Positions 24,448-36,494 of a stretch of 64,000 bases of DNA are shown here, piece by piece. This DNA comes from Neovahlkampfia damariscottae (lineage: Eukaryota): the NCBI GenBank assembly GCA_016618085.1, contig JABLTG010000003.1:124001-188000 (forward strand). Reading direction: 5' to 3'. The notes under the pieces were generated by a model. It did no database searches and was not told the DNA's origin. It worked only from the letters and a program-made list of their open reading frames with translations. Position numbers and translations under genes: made by a program. The stretch's first letter is position 1; every line of letters starts with the position of its first letter.

Positions 24448-26871
24448 TTATTTTTTGAATTTTTGAAGATAATTTTTAACTCCTAAAGGATCATTTTCAG
24501 TCTCAGTTTCTGATTGAGATTCAGTTCTTGGCTTTTCACAATAGAAACTAATGAAATCTTTTGTGAAATGATTTTTATCATCAAATTGTTGTAATAGTTT
24601 GTATTTCTTTGCTTGTTTGTCGTATGAATACATTTTTGTGTATTGTTCTAAAATTTGAGGTGAAAGTACAAAAGAAATTAATTTTAAATTCAATTTTGAA
24701 ATCAATTTCTCGACATCCAAGAAATCCATCCCTTTCAAATTTTTTTGGAATAAAATTTGAGAAAATGATTTCAATTGATAAAATTCAAATCTGGAGACTA
24801 ACATTTTAAATTCTTCATTTTGAAGTATTTCTCTTCTCATTTTTCTTAATTCATTTTCGGTGGCTAATTTTTGAGGTTCTAAAGTTTCATTGAAGAATTT
24901 GAAATTTTTGTGGTTTAGAAATTTTCTTGTTTTGAAAACTAAATCAACAAATTTTTTGGTATAAAATTCAAATTTAATCAATCCTCCTTCTTTTAAATGA
25001 TTTACTAAGTTTGTTCCTGATTTTTCAAAATTTAATTCATTTTTAGTTCCATAGGACTCTATGACATCAAATTTCAAATTTTTTTTCATTTTTTCATCTG
25101 TTGATGTTTCTAGTTTGATTGAATTAACATTTTTATTTTTCAATTTTTCTTCAATGTATTGAATTGATTCTTCATTTGAGTCAATACCAAAAATTTCACA
25201 TTTTGAAAATTTATATAAATATTTCATCAAAATCTCACCAGAAGAACATCCAGTCACCAAAATTCTTGATATCTTGTCTTCAACTTCAAATTCTTTATCT
25301 GGCCAATAAATTGAAGGAAAATCCCATTCAATCATTTTGTGATAAGGTATTTTAGTCAAACTACCTGAAAAGTGATTCCATTTTGGAAAAACTCTTGGAT
25401 ATTTTTTATCAAATTTTTGAATTTTGATGAAATTATAAAACGAAGAATCTATTGGTTGAGGTATTTTTAAAAAATTCTTCAAATAAAACAATGGTTGATA
25501 CATTGAAATCAAAATCAACTTATTTCTTTGTTTCTTTGTCATTTTATCATTAAACTCTACTTTTTCAATTTCATCAACTAAAGAGTTCAAAATTGATAAT
25601 TCATCTTCTTGAAAATTCCAAATAAATTCATTCAAATAAGATTGACATGCTATTCCCAACATCAATGGGATCAAACTTTCATTGATTTCAAAATCCTTCA
25701 TATTTAAAAATGCTCTTCTTAATTTCACAAAAAACATTTCCACATCTTGTCTTCCAATAATATTCTTGGACAAGATTTGAATAAAAAATTGATGAGTACA
25801 AATTTTAACCAATGGTTGTTCTCCTCCTGTGTTTAAAATTTTGATCATTATTTCTTCATTATCTAAGGATTGTGTTAATTGTTCAATGGAACCAGGAGTA
25901 TTGTTCAATAAGAAAAACCATGCCTTCAAACCATTTTCTGTGATCCAACCATATGAAAAATTAACATCTGATTTCAAAATGATTAAAACTTCATTCAGTC
26001 TTTTATTAGCTTCATCTATTGTTTGTATTGGATCTGAAGTCAATTCCAAATATGTTTTAATAGAGAAATAATTTAATGGAAGTTCATTGGTGAAAATTGT
26101 CCTAATGTGAATGAGCGGATTTGAACCACGAAGATAAATTTCAATGTGTGCTAACATTGTATATATATCAGTATCTTTCTTAATAAACAATAATTGTTTC
26201 GCATATTGTTGAGTTTCAACCAAAAAACCGAGTTGATACAATTCACAACAAATGATGAATAAAGTGGTAAATGAATCTTTTTCAAATGATTCTTTAATAA
26301 AACTAAAATGTGTCAATAAATTCATTATTTCTTCTTCTTTGAACCTTAAGTTTAAAATGATACTTCTTAATTTAAAGACATCAAAAGATATTTCTTTTGA
26401 TTTTTCATTAGCAAGAGCATGAAGATAAGAATTAATAGTTTCTAAATCAATACGGATTTGACCATCTAAAGTTGACATATTTTTTATGAAATTATCTTTT
26501 TTTTGAATTATTTTTAATTTCCTTTCAACCACTTCAATTTGTTTTTTTATTTGAACATTTTTTGGATCTAATTCAAGTGCTTTTTTATAAATCATATTTG
26601 CTCCAGGGTAATCTTTTAATTCAAAAACTGCTTGGGCTAATCTATAATATCCTTTTACAAAATCTCTTTTGAGTTCAATGCACTTTTTAGCGTCTTGAAT
26701 TGATTCTGAATATTTTTTCAAACCAAAAAATGAAGCAGAACGATTTGAGTATAAAACATGATTATTTGGATCTAATTCAATGGCTTTTGTATAATAATCA
26801 ATGGCTAAAACAAAATTTTTTTGTTTGAAAGCTTCATTTCCTTTTTGTTTGTTCTCTTCAGTTGAATTCAT
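24448..26871 (-). CDS. STI1-type TPR domain fused to a degenerate bacterial-type SAM methyltransferase module
   Basis: KQKGNEAFK..LYSNRSA..KGYYR (TPR clamp); IACQSYLNEFIW, ILVTGCSSG, IFGID, LKEGGLIKFEFY. Confidence 0.75.
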   Translation of the reverse strand: MNSTEENKQKGNEAFKQKNFVLAIDYYTKAIELDPNNHVLYSNRSASFFGLKKYSESIQDAKKCIELKRDFVKGYYRLAQAVFELKDYPGANMIYKKALELDPKNVQIKKQIEVVERKLKIIQKKDNFIKNMSTLDGQIRIDLETINSYLHALANEKSKEISFDVFKLRSIILNLRFKEEEIMNLLTHFSFIKESFEKDSFTTLFIICCELYQLGFLVETQQYAKQLLFIKKDTDIYTMLAHIEIYLRGSNPLIHIRTIFTNELPLNYFSIKTYLELTSDPIQTIDEANKRLNEVLIILKSDVNFSYGWITENGLKAWFFLLNNTPGSIEQLTQSLDNEEIMIKILNTGGEQPLVKICTHQFFIQILSKNIIGRQDVEMFFVKLRRAFLNMKDFEINESLIPLMLGIACQSYLNEFIWNFQEDELSILNSLVDEIEKVEFNDKMTKKQRNKLILISMYQPLFYLKNFLKIPQPIDSSFYNFIKIQKFDKKYPRVFPKWNHFSGSLTKIPYHKMIEWDFPSIYWPDKEFEVEDKISRILVTGCSSGEILMKYLYKFSKCEIFGIDSNEESIQYIEEKLKNKNVNSIKLETSTDEKMKKNLKFDVIESYGTKNELNFEKSGTNLVNHLKEGGLIKFEFYTKKFVDLVFKTRKFLNHKNFKFFNETLEPQKLATENELRKMRREILQNEEFKMLVSRFEFYQLKSFSQILFQKNLKGMDFLDVEKLISKLNLKLISFVLSPQILEQYTKMYSYDKQAKKYKLLQQFDDKNHFTKDFISFYCEKPRTESQSETETENDPLGVKNYLQKFKK

Positions 26872-26874
26872 CCA

Positions 26875-26879
26875 CCAAT
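26875..26879. promoter_or_regulatory. CCAAT box in a 34-nt divergent intergenic spacer (representative of a window-wide motif)
   Basis: CACCAATCA between the ATG at 26871 (-) and the ATG at 26906 (+). Confidence 0.6.
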
Positions 26880-26905
26880 CAAATTGTTTTTTTACTCAAA
26901 ATTGA

Positions 26906-28246
26906 ATGAAGAAGTTGAAAGTTTTGAGAAGCAAAAAAATCAATTTTTATTCCAAATTTGAGTTTAAAGTCATCCATGAATCTTCAAAATCAAAAGCAAG
27001 AGTTTGTGAAATTAAAACACCACATGGAACAATTCAAACTCCAAGTTTTGTTTCAGTTGGCACAACAGGAACGTTAAAAGCTATAGGTATTCAAATTATA
27101 AACAATTCAAAATCTTTTTTTTTTCAGATAATGTTTTTATTGAGGAGCATTTGGATGTTGATTTGATGTTTGTAAATACATTTCATATGTTGATTCATCC
27201 TGGAACAGATATTGTTCACAAAGCAGGTGGAATACATAATTTTATAAACAGAAAAAAACCTATTATAACAGATTCTGGTGGATTTCAAGTTTTTTCTTTG
27301 GCCTATTCCAATGCTGAACTACAAGAAGAAATTGAATTGAAAGGTAGATCAAAAAGAGTTGATATGTCACAAAAACTAGTTAAAAGAATAGATGAAGATG
27401 GTGTTATTTTTAAATCATATCGGTATTTTTATATCTTTATTCTCATTTTTATGAAAGCAATGGAGAAGAAATTGTTCTGACACCTGAAACTTCAATTGAT
27501 GCTCAAAAAAAAATTGGTGCTGATATTATCATTCCATTCGATGAATTACCTAAAAATTCATTAGAATTACGGAAGTTAAAGTATTCACTAGACAGAACTC
27601 ATCGGTAGGCTTCTGAAATGTAATATTAACATTTTTCCAGCTGGGAAAAAAGATCTTTGGATCATCATCTTTTAAACCCAAATAATCAAGCGATTTACAA
27701 TGTAATACATGGAGGAACGAATTTGGAATTGAGAAAACAAAGTATTGAGCATCTTTGTGCACTTCCATTTGATGGAATTGGTTTGTACAATAAATCCTTT
27801 AATATCTATTAGGAATTGGAGGAAGTTTAGGAAAAGACAGAGAAGAACTTTATTCATTACTTCAGTATATATACTCCATCATACCAAAAGATAAACCAAA
27901 TCATTTACTCGGAATCGGAGATATTGACTCAATTGAAAAAGGAATTTTATTGGGTGTTGACACATTTGATTCAGCGTATCCAACAAGATCAGGAAGACAT
28001 GGAAATCTGTTTCATTCTTCTGGAAATGTGATTAAAATCACAAATTTACAGTATGTTGATCAATTTTCACCAATTGATGAGAAATGCAATTGTTACACTT
28101 GCAAAAATTATTCAGTAGCTTATTTACATCATTTGTATAAAATGAATGAACCAACATTTGGAACACTTGGATCAATACATAATATTCAATTCATCAATAA
28201 TATGATGAAAGAAAAGAGAAGAAAAATACTTAATGATGAGATTTAA
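26906..28246 (+). CDS. tgt: tRNA-guanine transglycosylase, bacterial (Chlamydia-like) type; 4 introns
   Basis: SKARVCEIKTPHG, NTFHM, TDSGGFQVFSL, FDELP, IHGG, GGSLGK, HLLGIGD, DTFDSAYPTR, CNCYTC..HN zinc site. Confidence 0.92.
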
Positions 28247-28283
28247 ATGATCATCAAAATTTGAATTTAAAATTTTTATTTTT

Positions 28284-30678
28284 TTAGTTTTTTTGTGTTA
28301 ATAAATCATGAAAAGCAAGTCCAATACAATTCTTTAATTCTTTGAAACTGATTACTAATAACGAATCTTCATCTTTTGTAATCAATAAAATTTTGTCATT
28401 GGATCCAATATCTAATTTATTCAAGCAGTCAATTACATGACCAAAGTCAATAATTTGTTGGTCATTTTCATTCAATTGATTAAATAAATAATCTTTAAAC
28501 AAGGAAATTATTTCTAAATCTTGATTTGTTGGTTCATTTTCATTCAAATTTGGTTGGTTAATAAAACTTAATTTAGTTAATAAACGAAATAGTCTTCCAT
28601 TTTGTAATTCTTTTACCATTTCATTTTCAATAAAATCATATTCTCTATTGACAAAAAAAAAATTAAATGAAATGATTGGTTTACTCTTCAAGATATTTAA
28701 TTTCGTTTAAAAATTGGAAAATAATTTTTTGAACAACAGTTTCAATTGTAACATCATCTTCAATTTTCATTTTAATTAGAAATTTTAAAAATTCTATTAA
28801 TTCTTTTGAAAAATTTGAAGAGTTTGAATTTAAATCATTTAAAAGTGTTTCTTCATCATTTTGAATATTTTTTGATTTTAAAACTAAACTTGAAATTAAA
28901 TAACCAAAATCTTTTAAATCTTGAAATTGAAGTTCTTTTAATGATTTTTCTGAAGGTTTCATAAAATCCATAATACCAATTGAGTTTAAATAAATTCTTT
29001 GTTTTCCTCTTAAAAGTATTTTTGATAAATGTAAACAACGATAAGCTAAACCTGAATTATGAATTTCTTTCAAAGCTAATAATATTTGACAAATATAAGA
29101 CCACAACAAAGTTTCAGCAGGTGTTCTTCTTGTTTCAACGAAGTATTTATATTCTAAAGTAACACAACCTGGAATAAATTCATAAACAACACATAAATCA
29201 TTTGTTTCAAATTCATAAATTGGCATACATTTTTTTAATTGAACGATATTTGGATGTTTTGGTATTTTTTCACTAAAAATTGAAATTACATTTTCAGCTT
29301 CATCAATGTCTAAATTTTTCGAAATTATTCTTTTTAAACTACATGTGACACCAGATGAACTACTTGTTGCTCTGTATGTTCCAGTTGAAACATTAAAAAT
29401 CTTTGACTCTTTTTCCAATTCTGAAATATCATCCAAAGGATATAAACTATGAAATTCTTTCACTTTTTTTGGTATTATTTTTGTTAATGGTTCTAATGTG
29501 AAAAAGTTAAAAAATGTTTTTTTTTTTTTTTTTTTACCTTCTGGTGAAAGTGTTTTCAGAATTTCATATGTCCTGTTCACTAAATTTTGTTTTAAGTTAT
29601 CATCAACAAAAAAAGAATGAAGTGTTTGAGTTGGAAAGGTTTTCGTTTCTTTTGATCCACCAAAACCTGTAGTTTTTTTTGGTTTTGTTTTTGTCTGTAA
29701 AGTTAAAAAAAATACGGATATACCTGAGTGTTTTTTACATTTGTATTTGTTGATAAAGGTAGATTTGATTGACTTTGAGGCACGAAAGGTGTAAAACTGG
29801 GAGTAAAATTTTTTGGTGTAAAAGGTGTGAAAGTCAGTTTCGTATTTTGTAATGTTTTTTTTTTCTTTTGTTTTATGTATTAAAGAATGAAATAAATTTA
29901 CTGTTTGATCGTTTTCACTCATGAGAATCGTTCGTTGTTTGGTAACTTCTGCTCATCCAATGAAATTAATCCTCAAAAAAATCAGTTTTTTTTATTTTTT
30001 GTTAAATGGTGATAGAAGCAATTTTCACCATAAGGGCATAAATTACCATATTTACATGGAAGTTTTGAAAGTTCTGGAAGGTATTGTACATTTAAAGCTC
30101 TCTTTCCTGTTTCACTTTCATTGCTTGTTTGCTTTGCATGTAAAAATGCGCATTTTTCACCTTTATAACATACTTTTCCGGATGAATAAAATTTACAAAC
30201 AGGAGGATTTACGTCCTTTGTGTTAGGTGCAACATCAGTTCCTTCAGAATTTGTTTTTTTTATAGTTTTTAAATTCTAAGCGCGCTAAGACGAATTTGAA
30301 ATTGTTACTTTTTGAAGAGTATTGGTATCCCATTCATTAAACACAGTTGGTACAATTTCAGAAAGCTCTTCTTTTTCATTTTCAATATTTTTGGCAATTT
30401 TAGGAGTTTTCGCATCGTTTGGTGGAGGAAGTTGATTAAAATCAAATTTAGACGACTTTGATGCATTCAAGACACCGATTTCGTTGTTGTTTGATTTATA
30501 AAACTTGAATAAGTCGGAAAATGACGATTACTTTTAAATTCTCTTCGAGAGATGCCAAGAAATAGTCTTCAAGAGGAACTACTATCTTGACTTTACTTTG
30601 TTCACTGACCAAGCGATGATGAATGTAACTACTTTGGATTTGAAAACTCCAACGATCAAAAATTTCAAAATAATTCAT
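28284..30678 (-). CDS. PAN3: PAN3 pseudokinase subunit of the PAN2-PAN3 deadenylase, with a CCCH finger; about 5 introns
   Basis: CKFYSSGKVCYKGEKCAFLH; FHSLYPLD; HPNIVQL; LWSYICQI..IHNSGLA; KELQNGRLFRLLTKL; HVIDCLNKLDIG. Confidence 0.9.
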
Positions 30679-30777
30679 GTTTGCTCCTCCGTTTGCTTTT
30701 CAAAAAATCATCAATAAAAATATTATTGGTGGTTAAAAGGAAAAATTTTCTTTCAAAAAATTGAATTATTTAATGAT

Positions 30778-31404
30778 TCATTTTTTCGTTTTTTCTTTCT
30801 CTTTTTCTAACATTTGAAGAGATTTCAAAGCAATTGGGTTGGAATGAATTGTTACAGAACGTAAATGGATTTTATCAAGAGGACGATTGTTAGAATCACC
30901 TTCTTTTTTTTCCATTTGATCAAGAGTTAGAAAACCACCTATAACTTTACCAAATACAACATATTTTCCGTCTAATTCTGGTACAGCTTTGTAGGTGATG
31001 TAAAATTGAGATCCATTTGAATCTGGACCACTATTGGCGTATGCTAATATTCCTCTTTTGTCATGTTTCAACAATGGATGAAAAGAATCTTCAAACCTGT
31101 TCGAAAATTAAAAAATAAAAAAAATACTTTGTGCCCCATATTGAAGTACCTCCTCTTCCTGTTCCTAATGGATCTCCTCCTTGTATCATAAAATCTGGTA
31201 TATTTCTGTGAAAAGTTGTATTGTCATAATAGTTTGAAGCACATAATGCAAGAAAATTCTTTCAAAAAAAATTTAGCTGAATTTATGACATACTTTAACA
31301 TGTTTTGGTACATGGTCACAGTACAATTCGACTTTCAAATCTCCTAAACTTGTATGAAGAGTAACTGACTGTTAAAGTTTCAGAATAAATTGAAAAATTA
31401 CCAT
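30778..31404 (-). CDS. PPIL3: Cyclophilin-type PPIase, PPIL3-like; first coding exon is ATG only; 3 introns
   Basis: [62 protein letters not shown]. Confidence 0.85.
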
Positions 31405-31538
31405 TGTTGATTGGTCAAAGTTTTTTTTCAACTTTAATAAATAAAATTTTGAACCAAAAAGCACAAGAAAAATGGTCACAAAGTTGCAAATTTTATGTTC
31501 CATAAATTGAAATGAACAATTTGAATCCGAATTAATTT

Positions 31539-32414
31539 TTATTCCTGTGGATTGTTCAATTTATGTACAATCATTTTATGATTCTCCAGTAGTTGACTGA
31601 TAATCATTTGTTGTTTTTTTATTTTTGAATCTTGTTCTTCAACATGTTTTAATAACATACTCACAGTTTTTTGCAACATCAAAAATTCTTTCTTTGATAC
31701 AAATTCATTTGTCTCCTTTTCAGCTTCAACACGAATTCCTTTTGCATTTAACTTTGTATTTTGCAGTGTAATAAAATCTGTCATCGGTTCATCATCATCT
31801 GAATCTGAATAAATCATTTTTATATTCTTATTGTATTCTCTAACTTTTTTTGGTTTTTCTGAATCTGGTAAATGTGAAAAAAATGGAAATTCTTCATCAA
31901 TGCGATCAACTAAAGGTGAAATTAAATTAATTTCTTCACGTTCATTAAAACGTACAGATTTTTTTTTCAACGATTTTTTCAACCATTCCATTGCTATTTT
32001 GATATCATTGATTTTGTTTTCTAAATGAATACTTTGAACTAAACCATCCTTTATTAAATGATTACATTTATCCAACTTGAAAATTGTACCAATTTCTTTT
32101 GAAGGTGTTCTTCTATAATTTTTTGTTGTTGCGTTTGGTGATATAATAACTTTCCAATTTGAGGATGAATTAATAATTTGATGAAATAATGAAACAGATT
32201 GATTCATAGATATAGAAGTTGAGTTTACGACAAAAATTAGAGCAGATGCATTTTTAAATTGAGATAAATTTTTTTCACTTAAAACTTGAATGTTAGGAAG
32301 TTTAATGTATTCAAATCGTATTCCTGAGTCCGAAGAAAGCTTATGAAACATCTCATGTATTTCTACGATATTTGCATCACTATCTCCAGTGATCAACACA
32401 AGTTGTTTGCTCAT
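31539..32414 (-). CDS. Hypothetical protein: degenerate Arf-like fold, KSVRF motif, C-terminal coiled coil
   Basis: Intact 291-aa ATG ORF; VLITGDSDA, ASALIFVVNST, AMEWL, KKSVRF. Confidence 0.6.
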   Translation of the reverse strand: MSKQLVLITGDSDANIVEIHEMFHKLSSDSGIRFEYIKLPNIQVLSEKNLSQFKNASALIFVVNSTSISMNQSVSLFHQIINSSSNWKVIISPNATTKNYRRTPSKEIGTIFKLDKCNHLIKDGLVQSIHLENKINDIKIAMEWLKKSLKKKSVRFNEREEINLISPLVDRIDEEFPFFSHLPDSEKPKKVREYNKNIKMIYSDSDDDEPMTDFITLQNTKLNAKGIRVEAEKETNEFVSKKEFLMLQKTVSMLLKHVEEQDSKIKKQQMIISQLLENHKMIVHKLNNPQE

Positions 32415-32498
32415 CAGTCAAATTAGAAACGCAGATGATTGGACAATATTTTCTACTTTAAAAAAGGATTGAAAAGTAGAATAATTCCCAAATAACGA

Positions 32499-34841
32499 AT
32501 GACTAGAAGTTAAAATTCAACCATCACCTTTTGATGAAAACTGAACCCAATTGAAAGGAGTTGAATTTGATTGGACAACACATTGGTCAACTGAAAACGA
32601 GTTTGGCAAGATGCTTCTCGTTGATAACAGTTCCAAAGATGAATTTCTCAGACAATCATTAAAAGACAGAGAATCTGAATTTTCAGAACTAAAAAACTTT
32701 AAAGTGGCTGTTTGTACTTTTAATGTGAACGAAAAAGTTCCTGGTAAAAATGACTCTGTCGTTCCATGGATGCACTTAGAACAAGAACCTGATATAATAT
32801 GCGCAGGTCTTCAAGAAGTAGATATGTCAGCTGAAGCCATGGTTAAAATAAAAACAGAAGCATCTGACGACTGGGCCGCGTATTTAGATTCACAACTCGA
32901 ATCAAATGGTTTAAAATATAAAAGAATAACATGTACACAACTTGTTGGTCTTTGTTTAATAGTTTATGTGAAAAAAGAACATGCAGGACATGTCAAACAC
33001 CAAAGAGGTTCAGCTGTTGGTTGTGGCGCTTTAGGTTCAATGGGTAACAAAGGAGGTGTTGCTTTACGTTTTAAATTTTATGAATCAACTTTTTTATTCA
33101 TTACAGCTCATTTATATCCACACATGAAAGGTGTAGAAAAAAGAAATAAGAATTTCCATACAATTATGAAATCTCTGGATTTTGGAGAAATAAACAAAAA
33201 GTTTGTTGAAACTGATAAACATGAGTAAAAAAAAATGAAACAAAATTTTTTAATTTTTAGCTACATTTTCTTTTGTGGAGATTTGAATTATCGGGTGGGT
33301 ACTTTAGAAGATGCTGAAGTCAAAAAAGGTATAAAAGATGGAAAACTAGAATATTTATTCAAATATGATCAATTATCTATTGAAAAAGATGCTGGTCGTG
33401 TTTTATGGGGTTTTGAAGAAGCTTTTATAAAGTTTGCTCCAACTTATAAATTTGATCCTGGTACCACTATTTATGACTCAAGTGAAAAAAAAAGAACACC
33501 TGGATGGACAGATAGAGTATTATGGAAAGGTCAATTAAAAGAAAAAATCAATGTTCTTGATTATGATTGTCATACAATTCTAATTTCTGATCATAGACCT
33601 GTATCATTATTTTGTGAAGCTGAAGTTAAGAAATTCGTTGACTATCGATTAAAAGAAACAAAAGAAGCTATTTTAGCTATTTATGCTGAAAAACATAAAA
33701 CAAGACAAGAAGAAATTGGAGCTTCAAATATACTCTCTTTAGAAAGGAATACAGATCAATTTATTTTTGAAAATATAAGATATGGAGTTGATGAAGAACA
33801 AATTTTAATTTTGACTAATAATTTATCTCAAAAAGTTGAATTTGAGTTTATTGGAAGGAGTGATGAAAAACAAGAGCCTTGTGAACCATGGATGAAAATA
33901 CATCCAAAAAAAGGAATGGTTTCTCCTGGAATTTCGAAAAATATAAAGTTGACAATCAAAATTGATTTAAAAACTTGGGATTTTGATTCTTTGGCTTTTA
34001 ATTTGAAAGATGTTTTTAAATTACATTTAACCAATGGGTAAGATTTTCCGATAAAAAATTGAACTTTTTTTGTAGTAAAATAAAAACGAATATTAATCAT
34101 TTTTAGGACCAACTTATGAAATCCAAATTCGTGGAAATATTTTGTCTTCTTGTTTTGGAAATTCTTTGGAACAATTGGTTTGTTGTCCTGATCCAATCAG
34201 AAAAATTAATAAATCAAAAGTAGATTTTTTGAAATCAAATTTAGGTTCTAAATTAAAAATTCCAAAAGAATTATTCAGATTAGTTGATTTTATTTGGAAA
34301 TATGGAATTAGAAATCCTTCTCTATTTCAAGAACAAGGTGAAGAAGATGAAGAAAATTTCATTAGAGAAGCAATTGATTCAGGAACACCTCTATCAGGAT
34401 ACACTGGTTCAATCAAGTAAGTTATCCAAATCAAAAAATTCTAAATTTTTATTGGTCAGCTCTGTATCAGAATGTCTATTAAAATTCTTAGAATCATTAT
34501 CAGAATCAGTAATACCATCCAAGTATTTCACTTTAGTTTTGGAAAAATCTTATTCATCACAATTATCAATTGAACTGATAAATGATTTACCTCCTCTTCA
34601 TTTCAATACATTCGTTTACATCATCACTTTTCTAAGACAAGTTCTGGAAAATAAAGACGCAAATTTATTATCCATTGATATCTTAGCGATTGGATTTTCG
34701 AATGTATTAATTAGAAGTCCAACAGGAAGAACTCAATATGAAAAAGAAGACGAAAAATTGAAAACAGAGTTTTTGAAACATTTTCTTAAAGATAAGTCAC
34801 CATGGACTCCTGAAGAAGCACAATTGAAATCAATTGATTAA
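32499..34841 (+). CDS. Inositol polyphosphate 5-phosphatase, OCRL/INPP5B-like (5-phosphatase + ASH + RhoGAP-like); about 4 introns
   Basis: TFNVNE, GLQEVD, MGNKGGV, GDLNYR, PTYKFD, PGWTDRVLW, SDHRPV, SCFGNSLEQL, IPKELFRLVD. Confidence 0.92.
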
Positions 34842-34847
34842 AAATTA

Positions 34848-36230
34848 TTATTCTTTTGCAGAAACAATCATCAACCCACGAGGTGATATTTCATAGTCAA
34901 ATATTCTCAACAAATCAGTGTTTTTGAGTTTCTTTTCTTTCAAGTACAATACTCTATCACTTAAAATAACTGATTCAATAACTGGTCCTAATAATGCTCT
35001 CAATGACCAATAACAAGCTACTTTCTTAATAATTCCTGCTTCATCTGGATCAAATTGACTATAAAACTTGGTCAAATATTCAGTAAATTCTTCTTTTGAT
35101 TTTGAAATTTTTAAGATTTCTTCTTTGAATAATTCTGGTTGTTTTTCCAAATATACTGAAATTCCATTGATTGCATAATTTGCAAAATTGTTTGTATTTT
35201 TAGTTGATACTTTAATTCGAAATCTACTTTTAATTTTAACATCTTTTACATTCGAAATTAGTAAATATTCCAATGCAACTCGAAAAGAATTTCTTCTAAA
35301 ATGATAAATTGATGATTCATAATTTTCAACATTCCATGAGTTTAATGACAAATTTCCAAGAATTTTACCATAATTAAGAATAATTTTTGAATTTTTACAT
35401 TGCTCACTCAATGGAAATCCAATAAATTTTTCATCCAATTTCTTCAAATTTTCTTCTTCTGTTAATCGATGATAACAACAACCTACATTTACTAATGCTT
35501 TTGCTGTTGATTTTTCATATAATTTTAAAACCGTAGATCCTAAATCACCACAAGTATGTAATCCTATTAACATGAAATTTTCATCCTTCTTCATGTAAGG
35601 TTCTAGTAATTTTTGGAATTCTTCCACTGAAAGATTCATGTCAATGTGTGAAGTAATTAAATTCAAATTTTCATTTTTAATTTCATTCTTGTTTCTTTTT
35701 ATAGATGACTCAGTAATATTTTCTTGATTATCAATTCCAATTACATTCAAACCATACTTGGTGCTAAGAAGATTTGAAATGTAACCTCGACCAGAACCAA
35801 TGTCAATTATAGTTTTACAATCATGTTTCTGAGCAAGATTTGATATAAATTTAGTCATTCTTTCAACTTCATGCTTTTTTTTTGGTTTTATTTTTTTTTC
35901 ATTTCCAATAGAGATTGTTTCCAACTCTATTGATTCTTTGGAAATTGAAAACTGTTTGGATTTCTTTATGAAGGTTTTTAAAGAATCAGGTATTTTAAAA
36001 TCAGTTTTTCCTTCTGAAACTACTTCAATTAAATTTTTTATGGTTAAATTTTGTAGTGGTTCTTGCCATTCTTTTGGTACTCTTTTGTTCCATTGGTCTT
36101 TTACAAAGAAATGATTAAAATCTTCATTTGTAATATCTTCATTCTCATCAATAGTATAGTTGAATAAGAAATCAAAATTGATTAAAAATTTAGTTGTTTG
36201 GTCCAGCTGTTCTTCCAAAGAAACTTCCAT
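34848..36230 (-). CDS. METTL25/RRNAD1-like methyltransferase
   Basis: KKKHEV, IIDIGSGRGY, GLHTCGDL, VGCCYH, LGPVIESVILSDR..L.E, ISPR. Confidence 0.85.
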   Translation of the reverse strand: MEVSLEEQLDQTTKFLINFDFLFNYTIDENEDITNEDFNHFFVKDQWNKRVPKEWQEPLQNLTIKNLIEVVSEGKTDFKIPDSLKTFIKKSKQFSISKESIELETISIGNEKKIKPKKKHEVERMTKFISNLAQKHDCKTIIDIGSGRGYISNLLSTKYGLNVIGIDNQENITESSIKRNKNEIKNENLNLITSHIDMNLSVEEFQKLLEPYMKKDENFMLIGLHTCGDLGSTVLKLYEKSTAKALVNVGCCYHRLTEEENLKKLDEKFIGFPLSEQCKNSKIILNYGKILGNLSLNSWNVENYESSIYHFRRNSFRVALEYLLISNVKDVKIKSRFRIKVSTKNTNNFANYAINGISVYLEKQPELFKEEILKISKSKEEFTEYLTKFYSQFDPDEAGIIKKVACYWSLRALLGPVIESVILSDRVLYLKEKKLKNTDLLRIFDYEISPRGLMIVSAKE

Positions 36231-36494
36231 GGAGTTCACTCAAAAATGTTGGATGAAACAAATTGAGTTATTCATTGGTCCATTGTGTTTTTATTGTTGA
36301 CAGGTTTGATTTTCACAATTTTATCCTAATACTAATTCTATTAGTTTATTTCTTTCAACTATTTCAAGAAAAGATAATAATTCAATGAAACAGAATTTTT
36401 ATTTTTTACAAAAAAAAATTTTTTAAAAGAGCTTTGCAACAATTTGAATTATTTTTTTAATTTATTTTTTCTAATGAATTCAATGAGCTTCGTT

